From NCBI GenBank assembly GCA_963763775.1, contig CAVXPZ010000001.1, positions 544,001-608,000 on the forward strand: a stretch of DNA of 64,000 nt, written 5' to 3'. The position numbers and the translations under genes were made by a program. The DNA is from an uncultured Chloroflexia bacterium (GTDB lineage: Bacteria; Chloroflexota; Limnocylindria; Limnocylindrales; CSP1-4). This document shows, one piece after another, positions 43,122 through 53,179 of this stretch. Under the pieces are notes generated by a model. It saw nothing but the letters and a program-made list of their open reading frames with translations, ran no database searches and had not been told where the DNA came from. The first letter of the stretch is position 1, and each line of letters opens with the position of its first letter.

Positions 43122-44105
43122 CACCACATCGTCGATCCCGGACCCATCTGCTCCGCTCAGCAGGTCCTTGCGGGCGCCGAACCGGTCGCTCAGGCGGTAG
43201 AAGTCGCGCTTCGCGCCGCGGGCGTCCGCAGGATCGACCGGGCTGACCGTCTCGGGGAGGCGCGAGGACTCGGCCATCCGCGCCGGGACGCCGTCGACGG
43301 CCACCGCTCGTCTCGGAGCGATCCCCTCCCCCTCGTCACGCAGCACGAGGCTCCACCATGCCTCGAGCGGCCGCGTGCCACGGAAGCGCTCGTCCAGGGG
43401 GCCTCGCTCCAGACCGTCGTCGCGGCGGAAGGCCAACGCCGCGAACGTGACCGCGTCCACGTCGCCGGGTCCGCCGTCGACGAACGAGCGCAGCGAGGCC
43501 CCGGTCACACCCCAGCCGCCAGCCACCGCCACCGACGGATCGTCCAGGGCGCGGGCAAGCGGCGTGATCACATCACCGGTCGGCGCGACGCCGGCACCGA
43601 GGACGACGACGATCGGTCCCGCCGCACGACGGATCCCGATGTTGACGGCCGCCGCGAGGCCGAGGCGCTGGCTGGTCCAGACGACCTCGGTCGCGTCATC
43701 GGCCGGCGTGTCGAGCGCCCCGGCGACCTCGGCCGACGGGTCGTCCGCGACCACCACGACGGTCGTGCCGCCCGGTGCGTGGGCTCGCACGCCATGCAGC
43801 GCCGCCACGAGCGCGTCGGGATCGTCGGTCGCGTGGAGCACCAGGGTCGCGAGGCCGACGGGAGGCTCGCCGGATCGAGCCGGGACGTTGGCGCTCGCCC
43901 CGTAGCGGACGCGCTCGCCGTCCGCGACGTCGGGCGGCGCGGCCGGTGACAGGGCGAAGTCCGTCCCTCGGTCGACGATCCGCCAACCAGCGGCCTCGAT
44001 CTCGGCGCGGAGCCGGTCCGCCTCGGCCCAGTCCTGTGCGGCACGAGCGCGCGACCGGTCGTGGGCCGCGGTCAGCACCTCGTCAGGGATGCGCGTCCTC
44101 GTCAT
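43110..44105 (-). CDS. CysS C-terminal-like domain fused to a GT2-fold domain
   Basis: N-terminus R..AR...DW..AD.LR..I...G..I.D; then VVVVAD, AAAVNIGIRRAAG, LDERF. Confidence 0.72.
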   Translation of the reverse strand: MTRTRIPDEVLTAAHDRSRARAAQDWAEADRLRAEIEAAGWRIVDRGTDFALSPAAPPDVADGERVRYGASANVPARSGEPPVGLATLVLHATDDPDALVAALHGVRAHAPGGTTVVVVADDPSAEVAGALDTPADDATEVVWTSQRLGLAAAVNIGIRRAAGPIVVVLGAGVAPTGDVITPLARALDDPSVAVAGGWGVTGASLRSFVDGGPGDVDAVTFAALAFRRDDGLERGPLDERFRGTRPLEAWWSLVLRDEGEGIAPRRAVAVDGVPARMAESSRLPETVSPVDPADARGAKRDFYRLSDRFGARKDLLSGADGSGIDDVVGRP

Positions 44106-45437
44106 CGGGCCGTCGGGGCCGGACGGGTCAGCGGCCGCAGGTCGGCGGCGACCCGGTCGGCCATCTCCCATGGTTGATCCAGGCCGGGCAGGATCCGGGT
44201 CGCATAGAGCGAGGCCATATGGACCGGGTGGACAAGCCTCGCGAGGTCCAGGGCGGCACCGAGACTCCGCCGGGTCGGCGCGGTCGGCCCAGGGGCCGAG
44301 ATACGCGGCGACGAGATCGGCCCCCAGGCCATCCGGCACATCCGATCGACGTCACCCAGGAACGACGCGGCGGTCAGGAACGGGTGGGTGATCGTGGCGT
44401 CGGACCAATCCAGGATCACCGGACCCATCTCCCCCAGGATGACCTGGCCCGCGGCGAAGTCACCGTGGTCGAGGCTGGGCGGGATCCCGTCACCGGCGAG
44501 GCGGTCGGCCGCATCGGCGAGCTCGGGGATCCGAGCGCGAACGGCGACGGCCTCATCGGCGGTCAGCCCGCCGGCACGGCCGATCCCGAGCAGGTCGTCA
44601 TCGGCCAGGAGCGCCGCCACGGAGGCCGCCAGGTCGGCCGGGTCCGAACGCGCGACGCCGGCCATGGCCAGCGCCGCCGGGTCCGCCGCGAGCACCCGCT
44701 GCGCCTCCGCGACGCGGCTCATCGTCGCCGTCCACGCCAGCGGCTGGTCCCGCAGCGTCGGCAAGGCCGGGCCATCCACGTGCTCCATGAGGAGCCGTCC
44801 GAGCGTCGCATCCGCCGCCACGAGGGCCGGCACGAGCCCGGGATCGAGGTCGGTCAGGAGCGCGGTGACCTGGACCTCGTGGGCGAACACCGCCGGGACG
44901 TCCTTCACCCAGAGACGGCCGCGATCGGTGTCCAGCTCGAGCAGCGCCGAGCGGCCCCACGACCGGACCTGGCGGACCGGCCCGTGACGGGCGATCCCCG
45001 CGTCGACGAGTCGCTCGTCGATCCAGGCGACCATCTCCGCGAACCATCCGGGGCGGTACCACGGCTGATGCGCGCCGACCGGCTCCTCGAGGACGGAGGC
45101 CACGGCAGCCGGCAGGTCGGCCGTCGGGGACCTCGCGCCAACCGGCCGGGAGCACGCCGCTGAGCCATTCCGCCTCGTACCGTCGCAGGCCCGCGCCGTC
45201 CACGGCGTCGCCGCCGTCCGGGCGAAGCCGCCGCAGGACCGCGACCTCGAGCCCGAGGGTGTCGCGCGCCCAGTCGGCGACCGGGGTCACGACCTGCCAC
45301 GGCGGGGCGTCGTCGAGCGCGAACCCGGGTCGCCGTCCGTCCGTGCCGACCACGACGCGGTCGCCGTCGGCGCGGCGGATCACGATCTCGTACGGGACGC
45401 GGATGGTCGGTCCTCCTGCTGGGGGTGGGGCCGTCAT
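44102..45437 (-). CDS. Aminoglycoside phosphotransferase/choline-kinase-like protein (several frameshifts)
   Basis: PWYRPGWF, WVK, HGDF, ILDWSD; TGA overlaps the next ATG. Confidence 0.75.
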
Positions 45438-45488
45438 CCTACGACGCGGTCGGTCTCGCGACCCGCCCGTTCGATACCATGCCTCGCG

Positions 45489-46358
45489 ATGGACGATCGA
45501 ACGATCCGGGCGCGCCTGATCCACCCCGGCTACGAGCTGTTCATCGTCGGGATCACGTTCCTCTCGCTGGCGAACCTCGTGGTCTACGTGCTTGCGCCGG
45601 ACCCGGAGGTCGACCAGGTCGTCGCGATCATCGACGGGTTGCTGTGCATCATCTTCATGATCGACTTCGGCTGGCGACTCGCGTCGGCACCGGACCGCCG
45701 GGTCTACCTGCGTTGGGGCTGGGCGGACTTCGTCGGCAGCCTCCCGGTCCCGTGGCTGCGCCCGTTCCGCCTGGTCCACGTCGGCAGGGTCTCCCGGGTG
45801 ATCGCCGCGGCCGGCGGCCGGCCGATCGTCCGGCAGATGCTCCGCGAGCGCGCCGAAACGGCCATCTTCATCGTGTTCTTCGTCGCGATCGTCGTGCTCG
45901 AGCTCTCCTCCGCGCTCGTCCTCGTCGCGGAGCGCGACGCCCCGGGTCACAACATCGACACCGGCGGTGAGTCGCTGTGGTGGGCGTGGGTCTCGGTCAC
46001 GACCGTCGGCTACGGCGACTTCTACCCGGTGTCGACGTGGGGCCGGATCATCGGGTCGGTGCTGCTCGGCGTGGGGATCGGACTGGTCACGACGATCACC
46101 GGCTTCCTGGCGACCAAGCTCGTCCCACGCTACGACCAGCCGCCGCAGGCGGAGGACGGGCTCGCCGCCGCGGCCGAGAACCGAGGCGGAGTCGGGCGTC
46201 CTCCCGCCGACGCCGCCGTCGTCCGGTTAACCGCCGCCGAGACTGACGACGCGGCCTGTCGGTCCCGGGCTCAGGGCCGCCGCAACCACGCCACGGCGAG
46301 GATCGCGACGATCAGGCCGACGGGGATGCCGACGCCGACGGCACCGGTCAGGACATAG
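45489..46358 (+). CDS. Potassium channel, 6TM Kv-like (true stop may be ~46230)
   Basis: TTVGYGD filter; Arg-spaced S4-like LRPFRLVHVGRVSR. Confidence 0.9.
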   Translation: MDDRTIRARLIHPGYELFIVGITFLSLANLVVYVLAPDPEVDQVVAIIDGLLCIIFMIDFGWRLASAPDRRVYLRWGWADFVGSLPVPWLRPFRLVHVGRVSRVIAAAGGRPIVRQMLRERAETAIFIVFFVAIVVLELSSALVLVAERDAPGHNIDTGGESLWWAWVSVTTVGYGDFYPVSTWGRIIGSVLLGVGIGLVTTITGFLATKLVPRYDQPPQAEDGLAAAAENRGGVGRPPADAAVVRLTAAETDDAACRSRAQGRRNHATARIATIRPTGMPTPTAPVRT

Positions 46359-46519
46359 ACCACGACGGCCCCGGAGCAACCGAGCAGGATCGAGTACCCG
46401 GCGACGACGCCCGGGGTCATGGGGCCGAGCTTGCGCCTCCGCCAGACGAACCACGCGATGACGCCGAAGCCCGCGAGCGCCCACCCGAGCTGGAGCGGGC
46501 TGACGGTCGAGAGGTCCAT
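46271..46519 (-). CDS. Small membrane protein (3 TM)
   Basis: 82 aa, three hydrophobic segments, GC3-rich codons. Confidence 0.6.
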   Translation of the reverse strand: MDLSTVSPLQLGWALAGFGVIAWFVWRRRKLGPMTPGVVAGYSILLGCSGAVVVYVLTGAVGVGIPVGLIVAILAVAWLRRP

Positions 46520-46572
46520 CGGGGCAGTCTGGCAGGTCGCCGGTCAGGCGACGGGCTCCCCGTCGCCCTCGG

Positions 46573-47688
46573 TCAGGCGGCCGTGCCCCGCGCGTCCGCC
46601 TTGAGCTCGGCGGTCGTCGGCAGCATCGACTTCCCGCGCCGGACGACCTTGAGGAGGATCCAGGCCATCGGGATCGGCAGGAACCAGAAGTACAGCCGGT
46701 AGAGGAAGACCCCCGCCGTGATCTGCGACGAGTACTGCGGCGCGATGGCGGTCAGGCCCGAGATGAAGAGCAGCTCGGGGACCCCGGCTCCGCCCGGCGA
46801 GAGCGGGATGATCGTGATGACCATCACCAGGCCGAAGACGGCGAAGATCTCGAACGCGTTCAGGGCGCTCTCGGGGACGCCGCAGATCCGCAACGCCACG
46901 ATCAGGATCACCGTCCAGCCGAGCTGGGAGAGGATGGACACGCCGAGGGCCATCGCGCCATGCCCGCGGAGGACCTCGCCGAACTGGTCGCGGAACCGGT
47001 GGATCGCCCCGGACACGTCGAGGTTGGCGGTCCGGCCGAGTCGGCGCAGCACCCAGCTCACCATCCGCTGGCCGGTCCGTCCGAGCCAGTCGGCCGCCCG
47101 GTCCGAACGGACGATGGCGACGATCAACGCGGTCGCGACCACGAACGCGACGATGCTCAGGATCGCGATGGTCCACATCGTCCCGGCGTCCGAGGCGCTG
47201 GTCAGCTCGCCCGTCACGGCCAGCAGGACGACCGCCATCAGCGGCAGGAACAGCCGGCTCAGTTCGTTGACGACGCCATAGAGGGCGATGCCGGTCGTGG
47301 CGGGCGCGTTGGCGACGCCCCAACCGCGCATCACGACCCACAGCACGCCCATGTTCCACGGTCCGAACGGCACGCTGGCGCCGATCCCGGCGAGGATCAG
47401 CCAGGACATCGTCGAGCGGAGCACCGAGAGGCCCACCACGAGGGCGGCGAACACGAGGCCGCTCAGGACCCAGGCGATCACGCCGAGGACCGTCATGACG
47501 ACGATCTGCGACAACGACAGGGCCGTGAAGGCGGCCGCGACCTCCGAGTAGTCGACGTACCGCGGCAGGATGATGAAGAAGACGACGAACAGGACGCCGA
47601 CGATGAGCGCGGACCGCAGGATGGCGGAACGGCGGCTCGGCGGGGCGGCGGCCGACGCGGGGTCGGTCCCAGGGGTCCCGTCGTCCAA
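46573..47688 (-). CDS. YbhN/lysylphosphatidylglycerol synthase TM-domain protein
   Basis: Multiple TMs; PLSPGGAGVPE, LYRL..F.LP. Confidence 0.8.
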   Translation of the reverse strand: MDDGTPGTDPASAAAPPSRRSAILRSALIVGVLFVVFFIILPRYVDYSEVAAAFTALSLSQIVVMTVLGVIAWVLSGLVFAALVVGLSVLRSTMSWLILAGIGASVPFGPWNMGVLWVVMRGWGVANAPATTGIALYGVVNELSRLFLPLMAVVLLAVTGELTSASDAGTMWTIAILSIVAFVVATALIVAIVRSDRAADWLGRTGQRMVSWVLRRLGRTANLDVSGAIHRFRDQFGEVLRGHGAMALGVSILSQLGWTVILIVALRICGVPESALNAFEIFAVFGLVMVITIIPLSPGGAGVPELLFISGLTAIAPQYSSQITAGVFLYRLYFWFLPIPMAWILLKVVRRGKSMLPTTAELKADARGTAA

Positions 47689-47806
47689 CGGGACCGTGGA
47701 CGCGTCCGGTCCGGGTGTCGATCGTCGGGGTCACGTCACGGATCAGGCTCCTTCGGGGCGACGCCACACAGCGTAGCCGGTCCCGATGACCTCGCGCCGG
47801 GCGCGC

Positions 47807-49697
47807 CTACCGCCCGATCTGGATGACGCCGTTCCAGAGCACGTAGTTGGTATTCCAGACGTCGCGGTGGATGACGTGCCCGTTGCGGTCGCGGACGACG
47901 CGGCTGACCGAGACGTGCATCCCGTTCGCGGGGAACTCGGTCTGCAGGCGGGTGCCTCGCGGCAGGCGACGACGTGTACTCGGTCCGCGTGACCGCCTTG
48001 CGGACGTTGCTGACCGACGGCCGGCTGAGGCTCACCTTCCGGCCGTCCGGGATGCCCCAGATCTCGTAGCGGACCCAGCCCTTGCCGCCCGCCCGGTAGC
48101 GGTACGTGCGGATGACGATCGGTGTCTTCATGTCGTTGGTGAAGCTCATCGTCTGGCTGCCGCCCCCCGGGGTCTTGGAGACCGTCGCGTCCAGGCCGAG
48201 CGGATACCGGTAGATGTAGTACTTGTGATTCGAGCGCGCGCCCATCTGCAGGCCCGCACGGAGCGCCGCGTTGAAGAGCGTCGTGGAGCTCGAGCACATG
48301 CCGCCGCCCAGGGCGCCGGTCGGCTCCGTGTGGTCTCCCGCGATGAAGCCGCCCGGGCCGAACCCGCGGGACGGCGAGACCGGGCCGACCGCGCTCCACC
48401 ACTCGAACCGCTGACCCGGCCGCAGGACGGTCCCGTCGATGATCCGGGCCGGCTGCCAGATGTTCGCGCCGAAGAAGTTGTGGTCGCTGATCGGGAACCA
48501 GGTCTTCCAGGTGCCGAGCATCTTCATCAGCGGGCCACGCTTCGTGGCTTCCGCCGTCGTCAGCTTGGGTTCGATCTTGGAGGTCTGGGCCTTGACGGGC
48601 GTCGAGGGCGCGCCAGCGCCCCGGTCGGTCACGGCCTGGGCGATCGCGACCGCCGTCGCCGTCCCGTCGAGCTGTCGGCCGTCCTTCGCCGGAGCGACGC
48701 CGACGATGTGCCCGCTCCGTGACTTGAGGTACTTGGCCGACACCGGCGCGACCTTCACGGCCTTCGCGACCTTCCCGAGGGCCTTCGGGATCGCGTCGAG
48801 GTCGACCGTCGGCACCGACGACCCGTCCGCGGCCGTCTCGAAGCGGAGCCACGTCCGGACGGTCGCGGCCTTGATCTTCCAGTGCTTCTTGCCGAGCGTC
48901 ACCACGACGTCCCCGACCATCCGGTCGGCGGCCGACTTCGCGGCGACCGCGACCTGGTCGCCGTGCTCGGGTGCGACCGGCGTGGCGGCCGCCTCGACGG
49001 CGACTTCGGGCGGGGCGTCGATCCGGGCCAGGGCCGCCAGCGCGGCGTTTGCCGCGGCGGTCCCGTCGAACGATCGCCCGTCCTGGGCCGGCATCGTGTA
49101 GACGGACGCCAGGCTCTTGACGACGCGGCTGTCGACCGGCGCACGATCGAACGCCGCTACCCCTTCGTCGACCTTCGCCGCGAGGGCGACCGAGTCGAGC
49201 GTGACGCGAGGCTCGATCGACGTGCCGGACAGGGCGAGTCGCACCTCGGCGACGGCCCGCTCGAACGTCGTCCCGGACCGGCCGGCCTGCATGGCCTCGT
49301 CGACCATCGCGCCGACATCCGCGCGTCGTGAGAACGCCGCGTACGGCACGGTCACGTCGCCCGCGACCGTGTGGACCACCACCTGGCCCTCGCCATAGGC
49401 GGCGAACGCGTCCGCCAGCTTCGCGGACGCCTGGGTGTAGTCGAGGCCGGACAGGTCCACACCGCCGACCGTGACGCCGTACAGGACGCGTCCATCGTGG
49501 TCGTTGTCGTAGGCGTAGAGCGCACCGGCGGCCAGGCCGATGCACAGGAGGAAGCCGAGGACGAACCCGGCAAGCAGACGCGGCCAGATCCGTCGGCGTC
49601 GCGTCACCCGCTCGCCGGCCGGCTCCGCCGTCGGTTCGGTGACGGGCTCGACCGTCGGTTCGGATCCCGGCGTCAGGACGCCGTCAGCGCTGGTCAT
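47807..49697 (-). CDS. VanW family protein with peptidoglycan-binding repeats (frameshift ~47965)
   Basis: TM, GVTVGGVDLSG, IDGTVLRPG..F, GGGMCSSSTTLFNAA, RSNH, GLDATV. Confidence 0.88.
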
Positions 49698-49834
49698 GGC
49701 GGTACGCATGATGCAGCATCGTCGTCAGAGGTCAATCGGACTTCTGGCGGACGACTCGACGTCATGCGCAACGGACGATGCCGCGATGTCGCCGACGTGG
49801 TCTGATTGACGGTACAACCCGAAGGAGCCATGTC

Positions 49835-51331
49835 ATGACCGAGTCGACCCGGCCCGTCTCGCGGGCGCGCAAGTCCATCCCGGACAAGAGCACCGCGGCG
49901 GCCTATGACGCTGCATGGCAGGTGGACGTCCCCGCAGGCCTCGCCTGGACGGCGCGTCCGTGGGTCGATCCGCAGGCGCGCGCCGCCGTCGGCAAGGCGG
50001 CGCGGAAGCGCGTGCCTCGAGTCGCCCACGCCGCCTTCGAGCCAGCGCGCGGCCGCGATCCGATCGCGATCCTCGAGGCGCAGGAGGTGGACCGGCTCCA
50101 GGACCTCCTGCCCCTTCGGCACGACCGCATGGCGGAGTCCGCGTTCGCCTACTACCGCGGCACCCCGGCCGTCATGGCCTTCGATCTCTCGACGACGCCG
50201 CGGTCGGACATCCTCGTCCAGGCCAGCGGTGACGCCCACCTGTCGAACTTCGGGCTCTTCGCCTCCCCCGAGCGGACGCTCGTCTTCGATGCCAACGACT
50301 TCGACGAGACCCTGCCGGCGCCATGGGAGTGGGACGTCAAGCGGCTCGCGGCCAGCATGGTCATCGCCGGGCGGTCCAACGGATTCTCGCCCTCGGCGAA
50401 CCGCGAGATCACGATGGCGACCGTCCGCGCCTACCGGCAGTGGATGGCCCGGTACGCGAGCATGCGGCTGCTCGACGTCTGGTACACCTCCATCACCGAC
50501 GCGGACATCCGCGACGCCGCCGAGGCCAGTGGCGCGCTCCAGGGCCGCCAGGCGTCCGAACGTCGCGGGCGTTTGGAGGCCATCTTCGCCAAGTCGCGGC
50601 GACGCGATGGCATGCGCGCCTTCGAGTCCCTGACGGCGGTCGTCGACGGACGTCGGGTCATCCTCGAAGACCCGCCCGTGATCACGCACGTGGAGGTCGC
50701 CGGCGGTCCCGGGGCACTCGAGAAGGTCTTCACCGACTACCGGGCAACGATGCCGGAGAACCGGCGCGACTTCCTCGAGCGATACCGGTTCGTCGACTTC
50801 GCCCTCAAGGTCGTCGGCGTCGGGAGCGTCGGGACGCGCTGCTTCGTGCTGGTTCTCGAGGGCCGCGACGAGAACGACCCCTTGATCCTCCAGGCCAAGG
50901 AGGCCAGCGCATCCGTCCTCGAGCCGTACGTCGAGGTCAGCGGACACACGAACCACGCCCAGCGGGTGGTCGTCGGCCAGCAACTCATGCAGGCGACCTC
51001 GGACATCTTCCTCGGCTGGACGCGCGGTCCCGGTGGTCGTGACTTCTATCTGCGCCAGCTCTGGGACATGAAGGGTTCCGTCGACACCACGGCACTGTTG
51101 CCCCTCGGCCTGGGCTTCTACGGCGGCATGTGCGGCTGGTCGCTTGCCCGGGCCCACGCCCGGACCGGCGATGCCGCCGCGATCTCGGCCTATCTCGGGA
51201 CGGGCGACAAGTTCGATGGCGCCATCGCGGACTTCTCGGAGGCGTACGCGGACGTCAACGCCACGGACCACGCCGCGTACCTCGAGGCCATCAAGGCCGG
51301 ACGCGTCTCGACGACACCCACGCCAGGCTGA
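49835..51331 (+). CDS. DUF2252 family protein
   Basis: RMAESAFAYYRG, GDAHLSNFG, FDANDFDE, WEWDVKRL, KVVGVGSVG, LARAHAR; GAAGGAG RBS. Confidence 0.9.
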   Translation: MTESTRPVSRARKSIPDKSTAAAYDAAWQVDVPAGLAWTARPWVDPQARAAVGKAARKRVPRVAHAAFEPARGRDPIAILEAQEVDRLQDLLPLRHDRMAESAFAYYRGTPAVMAFDLSTTPRSDILVQASGDAHLSNFGLFASPERTLVFDANDFDETLPAPWEWDVKRLAASMVIAGRSNGFSPSANREITMATVRAYRQWMARYASMRLLDVWYTSITDADIRDAAEASGALQGRQASERRGRLEAIFAKSRRRDGMRAFESLTAVVDGRRVILEDPPVITHVEVAGGPGALEKVFTDYRATMPENRRDFLERYRFVDFALKVVGVGSVGTRCFVLVLEGRDENDPLILQAKEASASVLEPYVEVSGHTNHAQRVVVGQQLMQATSDIFLGWTRGPGGRDFYLRQLWDMKGSVDTTALLPLGLGFYGGMCGWSLARAHARTGDAAAISAYLGTGDKFDGAIADFSEAYADVNATDHAAYLEAIKAGRVSTTPTPG

Positions 51332-51440
51332 CTCGAACCGTCTCGGGAACGAACGACCGCGGCGCCGGTCTGGCGTCGCGCGTTCGACGCGCTACATTGC
51401 GCGAACGGCCGCGCCGGCCGGACTCGCGCACGAGGCGACG

Positions 51441-52229
51441 ATGCCCTCTTCCCAGTTGCTCGACTCGCTCCCGATCCCGCTGGTCTTCGTCGCGTTCGCG
51501 CTCTTCACGATGCTCTGCTACGAGATCGGCTTCCGGATCGGCCGCTGGTACCAGGAGCGGACGCCCGGCGAGCAGGAGGGCCCGACCGGCATGCTCGTCG
51601 GCTCCATCCTCGCGCTCCTGGCGTTCCTGCTCGCGGTCACGATGGGGATGGCGTCCGACCGCTTCGATGCCCGGCGCGCCACTGTGCTCGCCGAGGCGAA
51701 CGACATCGGGACGACCTATCTCCGAGCCGGCTACCTGCCCGAGCCGGCCTCGAGCGAGATCCGCGAGTTGTTGCGTGAGTACGTCCCGATCCGGATCACG
51801 GTCACCGACGCCAACGACATCCAGTCGGACATCGACCGCTCGGTCGTGATCCAGAACCAGATCTGGGCGATCGCCCAGGAGGTGGCGCGCACCACCGACA
51901 AGGGCGACCTGGTGGCGCTCTTCATCGAGTCGCTCAACGACACGATCGACATCCACGAGACCCGGGTGACGGCCGGCCTCTACGCGCGCGTGCCGGAGAC
52001 GGTCCTGCTGCTGCTCATCGGCGGGTCTGCGCTAAGCCTCGGCATGGTCGGCTACAGCGCCGGCCTGACGAAGCGCCGCAGCCTGCTCAGCGCCGTCGTG
52101 CTCATCCTCGCGCTCGGCGCCGTGATCATGATCGTGATCGACCTCGACCGGCCGCGCGAGGGCTTCATCCAGGTCAGCCAGCAACCGCTCCTGGACCTTC
52201 AGCGCCAGATCGGGCCGCCGTCCAGCTGA
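51441..52229 (+). CDS. DUF4239/bestrophin-like membrane protein
   Basis: LLAFLLA...RFDARR...EANDIGTTYLRA, DLDRPREG. Confidence 0.75.
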   Translation: MPSSQLLDSLPIPLVFVAFALFTMLCYEIGFRIGRWYQERTPGEQEGPTGMLVGSILALLAFLLAVTMGMASDRFDARRATVLAEANDIGTTYLRAGYLPEPASSEIRELLREYVPIRITVTDANDIQSDIDRSVVIQNQIWAIAQEVARTTDKGDLVALFIESLNDTIDIHETRVTAGLYARVPETVLLLLIGGSALSLGMVGYSAGLTKRRSLLSAVVLILALGAVIMIVIDLDRPREGFIQVSQQPLLDLQRQIGPPSS

Positions 52230-52259
52230 TCGGCGTCCACAGAAGGAGCTCCACGTTCG

Positions 52260-53066
52260 TCAGGGCCGGGTCCACACCAGCTCGAAGACCTGGACCGGTC
52301 CGAACCCCTTGAGCTCCACGTCCAGCGCCGGTCCGAACGAGAAGCCACGTTCGATCCCCATGTCCCGGACGAGATCCGCGGTGAGGATGTGACCGGGTTC
52401 GGCGGCATCGCAGATCCGGCTCGCGAGGTTGACCGTCGCGCCGAACAGGTCGTCGTTGTGGTCCACCGGCTCGCCCGCCGCGATCCCGATCCGGACCCGG
52501 AGGTCACGATCGGCTCCGCCGGACCGCCGTGCCTCGAATCCGTCCTGGACCGCCGAGGCGGCACGGAGGGCGTTCGCCACGTCCTCGAACGAGGCCATGA
52601 TCCCGTCGCCGGTGTGCTTGACCTCGCGTCCCTGCCACGTCACGAGCGCGCGCCGGATGATCACGTCGTGCTCGGCCAGCAGGCCCATGAAGGCCACCTC
52701 GCCCACGTCCTGGAGCAGGACGGTCGATCCCATGAGGTCCGTGAACAGGATCGTCCGGAACGCCCTTGGGGCCCCGGCCGGGTCGACCGGGTCGTTGACC
52801 TTGCCCAGGAAGCGCAGGACGTCGTCCTCGGAGACGGCGATGATCTCGTTCGGGACAAGTCCGTGCCCTTCGCGGTGGACGGCCTGCATGTCGTCCGGCG
52901 TCGCGGCCCGCGCGAGACAGAACACTTCGCCGTGATCGGCATCGAACCAGTACGCCAGGAACGTGACGCCGTGCTTCGACTCGATCTGGATGTCCGTCGA
53001 ATGCGCCGCGGCGACCTGCTCCGCGGTGACCCCGGGCAGGTCGTGGCGGTCCATGAACAACGGCAT
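52260..53066 (-). CDS. SCO4226/DUF4242-type domain + class III adenylate cyclase
   Basis: MPLFMDRH...AH..D...YW.D...VFCL...VH..GHG; FTDLMGST, KHTGDG, DLFGATVNLASR. Confidence 0.85.
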   Translation of the reverse strand: MPLFMDRHDLPGVTAEQVAAAHSTDIQIESKHGVTFLAYWFDADHGEVFCLARAATPDDMQAVHREGHGLVPNEIIAVSEDDVLRFLGKVNDPVDPAGAPRAFRTILFTDLMGSTVLLQDVGEVAFMGLLAEHDVIIRRALVTWQGREVKHTGDGIMASFEDVANALRAASAVQDGFEARRSGGADRDLRVRIGIAAGEPVDHNDDLFGATVNLASRICDAAEPGHILTADLVRDMGIERGFSFGPALDVELKGFGPVQVFELVWTRP

Positions 53067-53179
53067 CGCGTCCCTCCCAGCTGCAACGTTACCCCGAGGC
53101 CGGCTGACCGCGTCGCGGGCTCGCATCCGTGCGCGAGCCGTGCTGTACCCTCCGGCCAGGCTCGGTGTCGGAGGTTTCC

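Noticed and set aside
42977-43125. tmRNA, SRP RNA or TPP riboswitch at the 43-kb hairpin
   Set aside because: Only superficial fragments; no proper T-arm or G3:U70 acceptor, no GGAA/AGCAG SRP loop, no CUGAGA TPP core
47807-49697. Antibiotic-resistance interpretation of VanW (and of the APH-like gene)
   Set aside because: No vanHAX/vanRS context; both families are widespread outside resistance
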